Of a DNA stretch of 64,000 nucleotides, positions 22,767-32,806 are shown piece by piece. The notes under the pieces were generated by a model. The model searched no databases and was not told the origin of the DNA. It saw nothing but the letters and a program-made list of their open reading frames with translations. The stretch's first letter is position 1. Every line of letters begins with the position of its first letter. A program made the translations under genes and the position numbers. This stretch comes from an uncultured Chloroflexia bacterium. GTDB lineage: Bacteria; Chloroflexota; Anaerolineae; CG2-30-64-16. The stretch lies in the NCBI GenBank assembly GCA_963774265.1, contig CAVZDU010000002.1, forward strand, positions 256,001-320,000. The letters are read 5' to 3'.

Positions 22767-23303
22767 TGACTAATCAGAGGGGGGAAAACGTCCGTTGCGA
22801 TGTTTTCCGGTGACGGCGCCCCGTTTGGGGCGAGGAAGTTGGGTATTCGGTTGTCAAGGTGCGTGAATGGCCCGAAGGCAATCGTGACTTGAATCGGCAG
22901 CGCGCCAACGCTGCCGATTCGCTTTAACGGGCCGGCGGCGGAACGGTCTAGCAGCGCCTCGATGCGGTTCCAATCGTCAGCGGTCAGCCCGATGTAGCCC
23001 ATCGAGTACTCCGTTACGTAGCAGATCCGGCCCTAACGCAAAAGGCCGCCCACGGCTTGACCGGGGCGGCCCCTTCGACTACACTACCCTCCGCCAGGAC
23101 GCCCCACGTCTTGGCCACAGCCTCGGGCCCTCGACCGGCCGCGACGCTTTGTGTTTCCTGGCACGGAATACTACCACAAGTCGTTGTCTGGGCCAATCAT
23201 TCCAGACAGGAGCGGTATTGCTCCATGCCCGTTTTGTCGTGTTATCATGCGGCCAGCCGGCGCCCAGGATCGTCCTGGGCCCGATCTCTCAGAAGGAAGC
23301 GCA

Positions 23304-23552
23304 TCAGGTCGGCTCTGCAGTCAATGGCGGGAAGAGGGTGCTCTGGAGGGATTGGGCGGCGAACAAGAGGCAGGCCTGAATATCGGCACGCTCAAGGCCC
23401 TTGTATTCGTCCAGTATTTCAGCCTCGGTTGCGCCGTTTGCCAGCAGGTTTAGGATGTATTCCACCGTCAGCCGTGTACCGCGAACGATCGGTTTGCCAA
23501 CCATCACTCGAGGATTGATGACGACGCGATCGAGCAGAAGATCTCCCTTCAT
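23304..23552 (-). CDS. DUF433 family antitoxin
   Basis: INPRVMVGKPIVRGTRLTVEYIL..LANG.T..EIL..Y..L...DI.ACL. Confidence 0.9.
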   Translation of the reverse strand: MKGDLLLDRVVINPRVMVGKPIVRGTRLTVEYILNLLANGATEAEILDEYKGLERADIQACLLFAAQSLQSTLFPPLTAEPT

Positions 23553-23745
23553 GAATCATTACCTCGGCCGTCATGATATACCGGAAGGTTCTGGATGTCT
23601 AGCCGCGATTTGCCCCGCCGGAAGCGACAGTGCTCCCAAAGAGGACCCCCGCACGCTGGGCGTCCCCCCCCCATGTCTTCCCCACTCGGACGGCATCGCC
23701 GCCTCCTGTCCCTCGCCGGCCCCGAGCGCGAGTCCATCCTGAGAT

Positions 23746-23892
23746 GCAAACGGCCGCGGTGCACATGCCGCGGCCGTTCTGTCCTGCCCTGTGCCCCTTA
23801 CGGGGCCGACCCACAAAACCGCAGATCGCACTCCTCGCACAGATAGATCTGCGTGCGCGGAAAGACCAGCATGAGGCTGCCGGCTGCGGCCT
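23746..23892 (-). repeat. Copy 2 of the Zn-finger 3' end + hairpin module
   Basis: 23834-23892 matches 32530-32588 at 57/59 nt; followed on the minus strand by an AACGGCCGCGG..CCGCGGCCGTT hairpin. Confidence 0.85.
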
Positions 23893-23944
23893 GAAGGAGG
23901 GCTCCTTCGGGCCGCGAATCTGGGCTGCGATGCGGCAGACGCGA

Positions 23945-24433
23945 CTATTTGCACTCCATGCTGAAATTGTCAACGGAGGTCGTCACCGTTCCGTTGGCGT
24001 TCACGGTGGCGTGGAACGTCTCATGCACGAGATAGTTATTGTCCGGGCCGGCACCAATGATACGGAAGTTGTTCACATATGTTGCGGTGAAGGGAAGAGA
24101 AGCCGCTGCCACGGTGAGGGTGTCGCGGGTAATGCCCGTGGCCCGGTATTGGGTTCCGGTGGACCCTACACCGCTGACGCCCATTGGTTGGTAGTGGGAT
24201 TGCAGGGTTAATCCACCGGTGCCATTAAACACGACCGCAGACACAATGTGCAGTTCACCAGTGAGATACACATCCTCACCGGTTCCGCCGCTTGCACAAG
24301 AAACATTCACGTATAGTTCGAGGGGGACTTTCTCGCTGGTGACAACCGGCGCAGCCGCGCTGAACGCGGGAAGCACAGCCCCCAGCAGCAGCGTTAGAGT
24401 CAGAGTAATCGCGAGCATAAGACGTGACTTCAT
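23945..24433 (-). CDS. Hypothetical secreted beta-rich protein
   Basis: Signal peptide MKSRLMLAITLTLTLLLGAVLPAFSA; T/V/G/N-rich mature part with two Cys. Confidence 0.75.
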   Translation of the reverse strand: MKSRLMLAITLTLTLLLGAVLPAFSAAAPVVTSEKVPLELYVNVSCASGGTGEDVYLTGELHIVSAVVFNGTGGLTLQSHYQPMGVSGVGSTGTQYRATGITRDTLTVAAASLPFTATYVNNFRIIGAGPDNNYLVHETFHATVNANGTVTTSVDNFSMECK

Positions 24434-24916
24434 CTGCCTTTTTCCTTCCATACACGACTCGGCTCTGGTCGGACATTTGATGGCAGGGCCAAAGCAAGGG
24501 TTTGGTGGGCCACCCACACAACTCAAACTGCGTACATTCAGAACACAAACACGGTAGCCGACAGATGATGAAGAAAATGTAGTGGCGATTCCTGTCTCGA
24601 GTTCACAAAAATGCGATATGTCGCGCCCGCGATTGGGATGGTGTGCATCACTTGCCGGAATTGCCGAACTCTCGGTACTACTGCACTCCAGGGACAAGCA
24701 AGAAACCAAACTCACCTGCGCGGTTGGAGTTGTCGGACTCTCTTCCCGCGTTGTTCGTGCCGCGGACGATGAAGCACTGGGCCTGGCCGTCAACCAGGAT
24801 GCCAGAAAGTGATGGTGACCACCGGCGAGACAGGCAGGGTGAATTCATCCGCGCCGAGGTCCGGCAAAGCGTCGCGCGGCTCGCCGTTCATGTCATCGGT
24901 CACCTCCGAAATTGTT

Positions 24917-25024
24917 CCCTTAACGCAAACGGCCGCGGCATTCGTGTCGCGGCCGTTTGCGTTAAGGGGCGTGCAGCTAGACTGGGTCTGATCCGCAGGA
25001 TTGGAGGGCGCACTGCCCGCGCAA
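24917..25024 (-). repeat. Copy 3 (degenerate) of the Zn-finger 3' end + 24-bp hairpin
   Basis: Minus strand LRGQCALQSCGSDPV* vs LCEKCGLQFCGPDPV*; stem CCCTTAACGCAAACGGCCGCGGCA/TTCG/TGTCGCGGCCGTTTGCGTTAAGGG. Confidence 0.7.
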
Positions 25025-25505
25025 GGCCGCTCACGGGGGGACGATGCTCGCGCACCGTTTCTCTTTCCCGTTCTCACGGGGGTGGGTTCGCCTCGTTCGG
25101 CTTGACGATGACGCCTTCATGCATGAGCGAGAGCCGGTGGACATTGCTGGATTTGATGCCGTCCATATTGAGAATGCGCGCCAGTTCGGCCTGGGCGGAC
25201 TCATCGGCTTAGTTTGTATAGTCATGGCAACCTCCATGAGTTGGGCGTGAATCAGGTCAAGAAGACGCCGGTCACTGATTGGGTGACCGGCGTTGATATG
25301 AGAGGACTGATATACAGCGATGTCACTTACGCTTGGACTACAGACTCCTAGGGATCAAAGTATCTGCCGATGCAAAGAGGTAAGGGCGATTTTGCCAACC
25401 TCGCGATCATCTCGCTCTGCGCCTGCTCCTCCAGTGCGAGGGTGCGGGCCTCACCTCCAGGTGCTGTCTGGGCGCTTAGCTCACCTCCTTGTGAAGGTAG
25501 CAGCC

Positions 25506-25931
25506 TCACAGAATAATCGGCAATCTCTCGACAGCATTAGCTGACCCATCAACAGGTTCATCGGTGAATTGAATCCACTCGACAGGCGTGACGAGCGGCG
25601 GGGGATCACTCTCGACCGCCCTGAGGAACCAATACACCATGTTTACGTCGCCGGGGATGTAGGCCAACCCGTAGCTCACGTCGATCTTCGCCAGACGCAC
25701 CGAACCATTGTCTGTATCATACACGAGGACAGTTGTGCAGAGGCAACTCTTGATGGCTCGGGTTGTATTGGCGAGGCCAGGTGCCCACGGGCAACTGGAG
25801 GCATCTAACTCGCTCAGCCAATTGTCGATCATCTCGAGCTGACCATTATCCGCTTCGCTATCTTCCAAGTAATGCTGTACGCTCTGCAAACGTTGGCGCT
25901 CTGACTTCAAGTTCGCGGACTGGTGAATCAT
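25506..25931 (-). CDS. Hypothetical protein
   Basis: GGGAGG RBS; co-directional with the dksA-like gene; no family recognised. Confidence 0.55.
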   Translation of the reverse strand: MIHQSANLKSERQRLQSVQHYLEDSEADNGQLEMIDNWLSELDASSCPWAPGLANTTRAIKSCLCTTVLVYDTDNGSVRLAKIDVSYGLAYIPGDVNMVYWFLRAVESDPPPLVTPVEWIQFTDEPVDGSANAVERLPIIL

Positions 25932-25968
25932 AACAGTACCTCCCAGCTATTGCTCCAACAAAGAGCAA

Positions 25969-26070
25969 TTACCAGTGACTCGGATAGTTCGGACGGCTGA
26001 GCGAGAAGCCTACAATCAAACCTATGATGAAGGCTACCAGCAACAAGATTACGATCACGTCGATGTCCAT
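25969..26070 (-). CDS. Small (33 aa) single-pass membrane protein
   Basis: GGAGAGG RBS; MDIDVIVILLLVAFIIGLIVGFSLSRPNYPSHW. Confidence 0.6.
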   Translation of the reverse strand: MDIDVIVILLLVAFIIGLIVGFSLSRPNYPSHW

Positions 26071-26462
26071 GTGGTCCTCTCCTCCGGTGATCGATGCCTG
26101 GCACCGATCACCGAGCGTTCTCTGCAACAGCTTGCGCACAAGGTGGCGGAGGGAATGCAATCGAGACGTTCGGGACTGATGCCCTCACCGCACTGCTCAC
26201 AATAGCCGTACACCCCTTCACTGAGCAGTCGCAGTGCGTGCTGCACCTGCTGCATAGATGCGTTGCGTCGACCCACCTTCTGCTTCCATTCGTAGACGAG
26301 CAACCAATCATTAGCTCGATCTGCTGGATCGCTGGATGCCGTGCGGGCGCTAGTGGCGGCCTGCAAAGCACTTTCGTCAGTCTCGTAGTCCTGGCTTTTT
26401 AGGTTGCAGAATTCATCCTGCAGAATTCTCCGGTATTCAGCTAGTTTGATGTTCGTCAGCAT
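26055..26462 (-). CDS. TraR/DksA C4-type zinc finger protein
   Basis: DPADRA, ALR..EGVYGYCEQCGEGISPERL..IPSATLCASC. Confidence 0.88.
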   Translation of the reverse strand: MLTNIKLAEYRRILQDEFCNLKSQDYETDESALQAATSARTASSDPADRANDWLLVYEWKQKVGRRNASMQQVQHALRLLSEGVYGYCEQCGEGISPERLDCIPSATLCASCCRERSVIGARHRSPEERTTWTST

Positions 26463-26747
26463 CTGATTCTCTCTTTCTGAAGCGCTCGGCTTGCTGATTA
26501 CGCCTACAGGGTATTGCATTTTCTTCTTTGCATCATGAAGCAAACGCGTTATGCATGTGACGGATTCTTCTATGTATCGCATGATCGGAGAGAGGTGCGT
26601 CGGGAGAAGCAGTAGGAACATGATGCATTCTGACTAGTGGGGAAGCCTGATGAGTAGTGCTTTTTGGGTCTTGGTACGGGTGAATAGAGGGATGACGTGA
26701 TCAAGCCGACGCGCTATAATTCGAACATCGGCGTGGGAGGCTAAAGG

Positions 26748-29679
26748 ATGCTCGATCGTAAATTTGATTCGCCAGATCGTCAGCGTTTGTCGCCTCGCTG
26801 GCAGGCGCTTAACGGTGTTCTCAACAGCGCGATGGTGTGGTGGCGTTTTGCCTTGATCTCGGCGGCAGTTCTGATCATTAAAACACCCGATGCGCGTGAG
26901 AACGCGCATCGGGTGCTTCTGACCTGGGCGGTTTCGTACGGCATCTATTCAGTTGTTGCCCTGTGGATTTCTGTGGCCTTCCCTGCATTCTATCATAAGC
27001 GACCGGCACGGCGGCTGCGGATTCTCGTTGATGTAGCTGCTATTACCATAGCACTTTTCATCGATCCGCTTGCTCTCCGATTTCTTTGGGTTTTCTACGC
27101 GATGCGTGTGCTAGCGGCTCTGCGCTATTTCGACGGGAACGAATGGTGGATCGTTCTGGGGACAAGCATCGTGAGCATTGTGGCGGCCACTTTGACTTTT
27201 GAGCCGCTGGGCAACGGTAATGCTGTGGCGATTGTTGGCAAGAGTGCGACCCTTGGAGTCATTACTGGAGGGTTCCATTACCTGCAAAGGCTCATCCCGC
27301 GTCTCTCAAACGCGGACTTCGTATCCGAATCAGCGCTGAAGTTACTGCAAGGTCTGGATCGAGGTCAGATTCTTGAGCAGATTGCACATCTGGTGCGAGA
27401 CGGCATCCCAACCGCGGACAGCGTTGTAATTCATATGCTAGGTGGCGATGACGGCATCACACTCATCCCGGTTTTCGGGCTTGGAATTGATATCAGCCTC
27501 CTGGGTCGATCGCCCATGCGCCTAGGGGAGGGAATCGCCGGCCGGGTCCTTTCCAACCGAATCGTGGATAATGTTGGCGATGTTAGAAGAAATCAGCACT
27601 TCCAACCACTGCCTGAAGATTCGCCGAGCTTGGTGTCGCTGCTGGTGGCGCCAATGTACATGGGTGACAGGAATATCGGCACGATCAGCGTGAACAGCTG
27701 GCGTCGGCGCGCCTTTGATGATCGTGATGAGCAGCTGACAAGGACTGCCGCTTCACAGGCCGCGCTTGCGTTGGCGAATAATCGGTTGTTCGAGAGGGGT
27801 CGTCGCCAGCGGAATCAGTTGAGCCAGATATTGAACGCGAGCTTGACCTTCAACCCCTTGCAGCCCGTGGATCGATTGCTGGATCAACTCGCCGAGGCTG
27901 TTTGTCGATACAGTGCGTTCGGCATGGCAGCAGTTAATCTGATTGATGACGCGATGGGGACCGTTTCGGTCGTTGCCACGGCGGGCATTCCTCAGCCCGC
28001 ACGAGAGGAACTGATGAAACAACGTATCCTCCTCTCGGAACTAGAGCCGTTGCTTCAGGAGCAGTTTCAGGTAAGCAGTATCCTATTTCGTGCACCACAA
28101 CCGTATGCCAAGTGGCCTGAACCTAGATGCCTATGGTTATACCCCGGACCTACCGGAGGCTGGTCCTGGTATGTGGCACAAAAAAGATGTTCTACTGGTT
28201 CCGATCGTAGAGCAAAACGGCAAGGTGTTAGGATATCTCTCGGTAGATGCCCCTGAGGATAAACAATTGCCGTCTTTCGAGTCAGTTCAGATCCTCGAAG
28301 TTCTAGCCAGACTTATCGGTGGCATGGCCTCTACAGCAGGGCTTTACGAAAAACTTCAGCAACAAAGTGGAGAGACAGAACGAGTCACCCGTTTGCTGCA
28401 TCTGCTAAACCGAATTGGCACTGTCACGCCCACCATGACCTCTCTTGAACGGATACTGCATGTCCACCTTACGGGAATCACGTCCAATGACGGCCTCCGT
28501 TTTAATCGTGCAAGTTTGTTTCAGTTGGAGCACGATGAGCGAACCTTGACCGGCGTAATGGCTATCGGTCAACTGGACGAACGCATGGCCCACTCCATTT
28601 GGGAGGAGATGGTCGCTGGCAGTTCTACTATCGACCTTTATCTACAGAATATGCAGGCTGGAGCACCGATCGAATGGACAGAGTTGCACAATCGTATTCA
28701 AGGTAAACGAATCGAGATTCCGGATGATCCATCGAATGCATTATATAGAGTGCTTCAATCCAAGTCCCCATTGATTGTGCATGCGTCATCCGAATCGTCT
28801 TTACCTCCCAATTTCGTCGCTATGTCGGAGACAAACACATCGGTGGTAGTAATCCCCTTGCTTGTGGGGAATCGGTTACTTGGCATGCTTATCTGCGACA
28901 ACAAGTTCACACAGGAGAAGCTAACCAACCTAGATTTGTTACTACACTTCGCCGCACGCATGGCTGCGATGATGGAGAACGATCGACTTAACAGAGAAGC
29001 TCGCGAGTCCGCGTCAGTGGCCGGCTGGCAACAGGGCGCGTACGACGAGCGTCAGCAGTTGCACGATAAACTGCATGACATCGTCGGTGAACTGCAGACA
29101 AGAGTTAGGTGGGATATTGAAGAAGCAACTGAGCATGTCGAGAACGGGCATCGTGAACAGGCAAAGGAGGACTTGGAGGACGGTCTTGCCATTCTGGATC
29201 AGATCACTGGGCCGCTGAAAGGAGTCGTCGAAGACCTGCGTCCAACAATCCTTGCGGGTGGAGACATACTCGACGCACTACGAAGTCGTGCCCCGCGGTT
29301 GCACCCTGGACAGGTTAGTGTGGATGGACAACTCCGCACAGTACTTCCGCAGAAGATTCGAAATGAACTGTATTGGGCGGGGAAAGAAGGCTTGACTAAT
29401 GCCGCCAAGTACTCGGGTGCGAAATCTGATCCGCAGATCCACATAGCGTTGTGGCTTGAGCAGTTGGACGATCAATCCGTTCAATTGTCCATAACTGATA
29501 ACGGCGTAGGATTTGACCCCAAGCTGTTGAACGAAAATGGCCGTTACGGCGGGCTGAGCCGACTCAAACAACGGGTGGAAAGAGCCGGAGGGCAATGTTT
29601 CATCCAATCGAAGGTTGGCACCGGCACGCAGCTATTCGTAGTTTTCTCGCTATCCCAGCAGGGAGCGGAGACAGAGTGA
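26748..29679 (+). CDS. Membrane-bound multi-GAF sensor histidine kinase (HisKA_3-type); one frameshift near 28080
   Basis: TM N-terminus, GAF motifs (GEGIAG, SLLVAPM, IPLLVG); LHD, EGLTNAAKYS, DNGVGF, GTGT; ORFs 26748-28256 and 28090-29679 join across one indel. Confidence 0.88.
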
Positions 29680-30587
29680 GTCAGCTCACCGCAATGGTAG
29701 CTCTGTGTGACGATATCGAGCAAGAGGGTGTTGTTCGCATTCTGGAGCACCAGCCCGATATTCTGGTGCCCTGGGTGCTGTCCACGCTACCTGCGACGCT
29801 GAGTGGCTTCCGGAAGCACCATCCCGATGTTTTGATATTTGATCTGGGTTGGGTTGGTGATAGCGAGACAGCGAGCAGACTTAGGTCAACAATTGCCGAG
29901 CATCCCGCTGCCGTATTGATCGGCATGGCCGCTTATCATGAGCTGAGCTCGAACATTTTCGACGGTATCGCTGACAAAATACTTCTGAAAGTGGCTACGA
30001 GACAGCAACTCCTCGACACGATTCGCGATGTTTGTCGCAGGAAGCGAGGGCTGGACGATCCCGATCTAACATCGGCTCGGGCTGCGTTGCAACGGGTCAC
30101 TCTACGCATACCAGGCGATGCATGGCGGGACCATGAAATAGACATTGCGCAAATTCTCAAGTACGTGTTCTCGCCGGCACTGGGCAGCCAGTACCTTCAA
30201 GCACGGACGCTCGATGGAACAGAGCGAAGAGATGTCGTGATGGTGAACCAGTCAGAAGTAGGCTTCTTTGCTTGGGCTCGCATAAAACATGGCGTTGATT
30301 ACGTGGTGTTTGAGGTCAAGAATGTCAACGAGACCAAGCCTGAGCACCTACATCAGACAGCCGCGTATTGTTGGCGAGCGCTTGGGCGCCTGGGCTTTGT
30401 CGTAGCGAGAACTCACCCGGGGGAAACGTGGGATAGGCACGCCGCTGCGCAGTGGCACCGGCACGAGACAGTGGTCCTGTTATTGTGCGATAACGACCTT
30501 CAGCGGATGGTGGAGATGAAGGCCTTTGGCGAAGATCCAATATGTATAGTTCGGGAACTATACGACCGCCTTATTCTTTCATTGTGA
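29676..30587 (+). CDS. Receiver domain fused to a restriction-endonuclease-like PD-(D/E)XK domain
   Basis: REC with DD, PDVLIFD and LLK; C-terminal RTLDGTERRD...VFEVKN...HQTAAY...GRLGFVV...LCDNDL; GTG overlaps the kinase stop. Confidence 0.72.
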   Translation: MSQLTAMVALCDDIEQEGVVRILEHQPDILVPWVLSTLPATLSGFRKHHPDVLIFDLGWVGDSETASRLRSTIAEHPAAVLIGMAAYHELSSNIFDGIADKILLKVATRQQLLDTIRDVCRRKRGLDDPDLTSARAALQRVTLRIPGDAWRDHEIDIAQILKYVFSPALGSQYLQARTLDGTERRDVVMVNQSEVGFFAWARIKHGVDYVVFEVKNVNETKPEHLHQTAAYCWRALGRLGFVVARTHPGETWDRHAAAQWHRHETVVLLLCDNDLQRMVEMKAFGEDPICIVRELYDRLILSL

Positions 30588-30595
30588 GGTTACTA

Positions 30596-31216
30596 ATGAG
30601 CCCCAAGATTAGACTGGCCATCGCGGATGATCAAGATATTATCCTGGACGGCATGCAGCGAATCATGGGTTCGCAACCGGATATTGAGATCGTGGCAGCA
30701 ACCAGCGTACTTCCTGAAGCAGAGAATGAGGTAAGGAAACTGCGTCCAGATGTCCTGCTCTTGGACGTGAAGTGGCACGGCGATGAGCAAGCGGGTATCG
30801 ATGCAATAAGGCGACTACGTAGAGACGTACCAGAGACGCGGATAGTCGCTATCACGGTGTATGAGCACCTTATTCGGGATGCTAAGCAGGCGGGTGCCCA
30901 TGCGGTTGTTCTCAAGAGCATCTCGCGCCGTCAGCTGGTCGAACAAATTCGGCAGATTTATCAACAACCTGCTGCGCCGCTACCTGTCGTCACCAATGAT
31001 ATGGTACCCGCTCCCGAAACTCTCAGCGTGCGGGAGCTTGAAGTTCTTGAACTGCTTGCCGAAGGTAAGAGCGATCGCGAAGTGGCCAATGAGCTCAGCA
31101 TTGCGGAAAGCACGGCGAAAAACCATGTGAGTAGTATCCTTAGCAAGCTGGGAGTAGCTAATCGGGCCGCCGCTGTGTCCCTGGGACATCGCCGTAAGCT
31201 CATCAAGACGCAATGA
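30596..31216 (+). CDS. NarL/LuxR family response regulator
   Basis: IADD, PDVLLLD, LSVRELEVLELLAEGKSDREVANELSIAESTAKNHVSSILSKL. Confidence 0.95.
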   Translation: MSPKIRLAIADDQDIILDGMQRIMGSQPDIEIVAATSVLPEAENEVRKLRPDVLLLDVKWHGDEQAGIDAIRRLRRDVPETRIVAITVYEHLIRDAKQAGAHAVVLKSISRRQLVEQIRQIYQQPAAPLPVVTNDMVPAPETLSVRELEVLELLAEGKSDREVANELSIAESTAKNHVSSILSKLGVANRAAAVSLGHRRKLIKTQ

Positions 31217-31223
31217 GTCGCAT

Positions 31224-31817
31224 ATGGAAATCAGAATTGAGCTCTCGGACGAACAAATGCGGCGCCTTGGGCGTTGCCTTCGTGAAGCTCGATCGAATAG
31301 CCTGGAGGAAGCAGCGGTTGAGTTTGCCACGCTCGCAACTACGGCGTGGATTGACTGGCTGAGCGGTTATGTGCGGTATTACAGCCTCACGGAACAGTAT
31401 GCCGACTGGATCGAGGATATCTATGCCCGGCTCTTGCCCGAATCTGAGCCGCCTAGCACCGACCGGCTATACAACTCGTTCAACATCCCTTATGGTCAGG
31501 CCCAATATATCCAACGCATGCTGAACAACAAAATGCTAACCAAATGGCGTGCGCGTGCCGTTGAGGAGCTGAAGGCGGCCATGGAATTCCGTCTGCATGA
31601 GGCAGGGGAGTGGGTTCGCACAGGCAGAGGTGATGACAGCGTTGAGATCATCGTAAGCCGGCTCGCATATTTGGAGCTGAAGAGTGCTTGGGAGCGGCTC
31701 TTTCAGCAAGACCCCAATCAAGTCCCCTTCCCCAAAGTCCAGACGGCCGGGAATCTGTGCTCCATCCGCATTCCAGCCCTCTTCTTCGCGACCTTGTATG
31801 ACTCCGTCAAGCCTTGA
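31224..31817 (+). CDS. Hypothetical protein
   Basis: 197-aa ORF starting 7 nt after the RR stop; plausible globular composition. Confidence 0.7.
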   Translation: MEIRIELSDEQMRRLGRCLREARSNSLEEAAVEFATLATTAWIDWLSGYVRYYSLTEQYADWIEDIYARLLPESEPPSTDRLYNSFNIPYGQAQYIQRMLNNKMLTKWRARAVEELKAAMEFRLHEAGEWVRTGRGDDSVEIIVSRLAYLELKSAWERLFQQDPNQVPFPKVQTAGNLCSIRIPALFFATLYDSVKP

Positions 31818-31840
31818 CGGGAAAAAGGCGAGGTATACCA

Positions 31841-32299
31841 ATGGCTCAACCCGACGATGCGCTGTCCGTGATCGGTTATTTTCTTACACTGGTGGGACTT
31901 CTGGGCTCCTTCTTTTACATGCACCTGGGCGATTGGTATCGTCAAGTGCTGGCCCTTGAGGTCAAATGGGAAATCAACAGGACGGGTGACGACCCTGAGT
32001 TGCGAACCGGTCGTCGCGAGTGCCGGCATGAAGCGGCGCACATCGCTGGCTGGAGCATCTTGGCAACCAGCCTCTCTGTGTCCTCCTTTATGCTCTTGAT
32101 TTCGATCCTGGCGCTGGTTTTGTGGTTTCGTCGAGCAGACAGGACCGAGGCTTGGACGTTCATCGGCATCGCCGGTCTGGCATTCCTAATCCTTTATGTG
32201 ACTATGACCGCGTACTTCCTAATTCAAGGCTATTCCAAAGCTCGACGAATACGTGGCGAAATCGATGCCCTGGCTCATCTTGTGCGTAGCCCTCACTAA
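31841..32299 (+). CDS. Hypothetical membrane protein (about 3 TM)
   Basis: GAGG RBS; three hydrophobic segments. Confidence 0.7.
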   Translation: MAQPDDALSVIGYFLTLVGLLGSFFYMHLGDWYRQVLALEVKWEINRTGDDPELRTGRRECRHEAAHIAGWSILATSLSVSSFMLLISILALVLWFRRADRTEAWTFIGIAGLAFLILYVTMTAYFLIQGYSKARRIRGEIDALAHLVRSPH

Positions 32300-32490
32300 T
32301 GGGTGACCGCACATTGCTCTCCTCCTGCCGATTTGCCTTCCGTCTGTATCGCGCGGCCAACTCCCCGGGGGAAGACGGTGGAATGGTACGGTGTGTTCGT
32401 GGTCGAGAACCTTCTGATTCTCGCATGGGCGCGGGACCGCGCGCCAGGCGCCTCCCTAGAACGTGGCGCGCGGTCTGCCGAGGCGTGCCC

Positions 32491-32694
32491 CTACACTGGG
32501 TCCGGGCCACAGAACTGCAGGCCACATTTCTCGCACAGGTAGATCTGCGTGCGCGGGAAGACCAGCATGAGGCTGCCGGCTGCGGCCTTGCGGTGGCAGC
32601 GCCAGCAAATTTCGCCTTCGGTGGCGTTGATCCATACGGGCGGTTTGCGGTCGGAGCGGATCTTGCGGGCGCTTTTGCGGCGCATGATGGCCAT
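32491..32694 (-). CDS. Small Cys-rich zinc-finger protein (full copy 1 of the repeated module)
   Basis: AGGAGG RBS; CWRC...CEKC...C; a diverged copy elsewhere differs by synonymous changes. Confidence 0.72.
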   Translation of the reverse strand: MAIMRRKSARKIRSDRKPPVWINATEGEICWRCHRKAAAGSLMLVFPRTQIYLCEKCGLQFCGPDPV

Positions 32695-32806
32695 CGGTGC
32701 TTCCTCCTGTGTGTGCCGGCGTCGCGCAGAGCTGTGTGCGCGATCCCGCCAGGCAAGCGCGGGGGACGGCGCTGACTCACCGCCCCCCTTCCCGTCCTTA
32801 TGAGGA

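Noticed and set aside
22700-23002. 100-aa minus ORF next to the tRNA as an integrase remnant
   Set aside because: Runs antisense through the tRNA and shows no recombinase catalytic motifs
24790-24905. DDMNGEPRDALPDLGADEF fragment resembling the tail of beta-helix surface proteins
   Set aside because: Too short, no start; at most a remnant, so not listed as a gene
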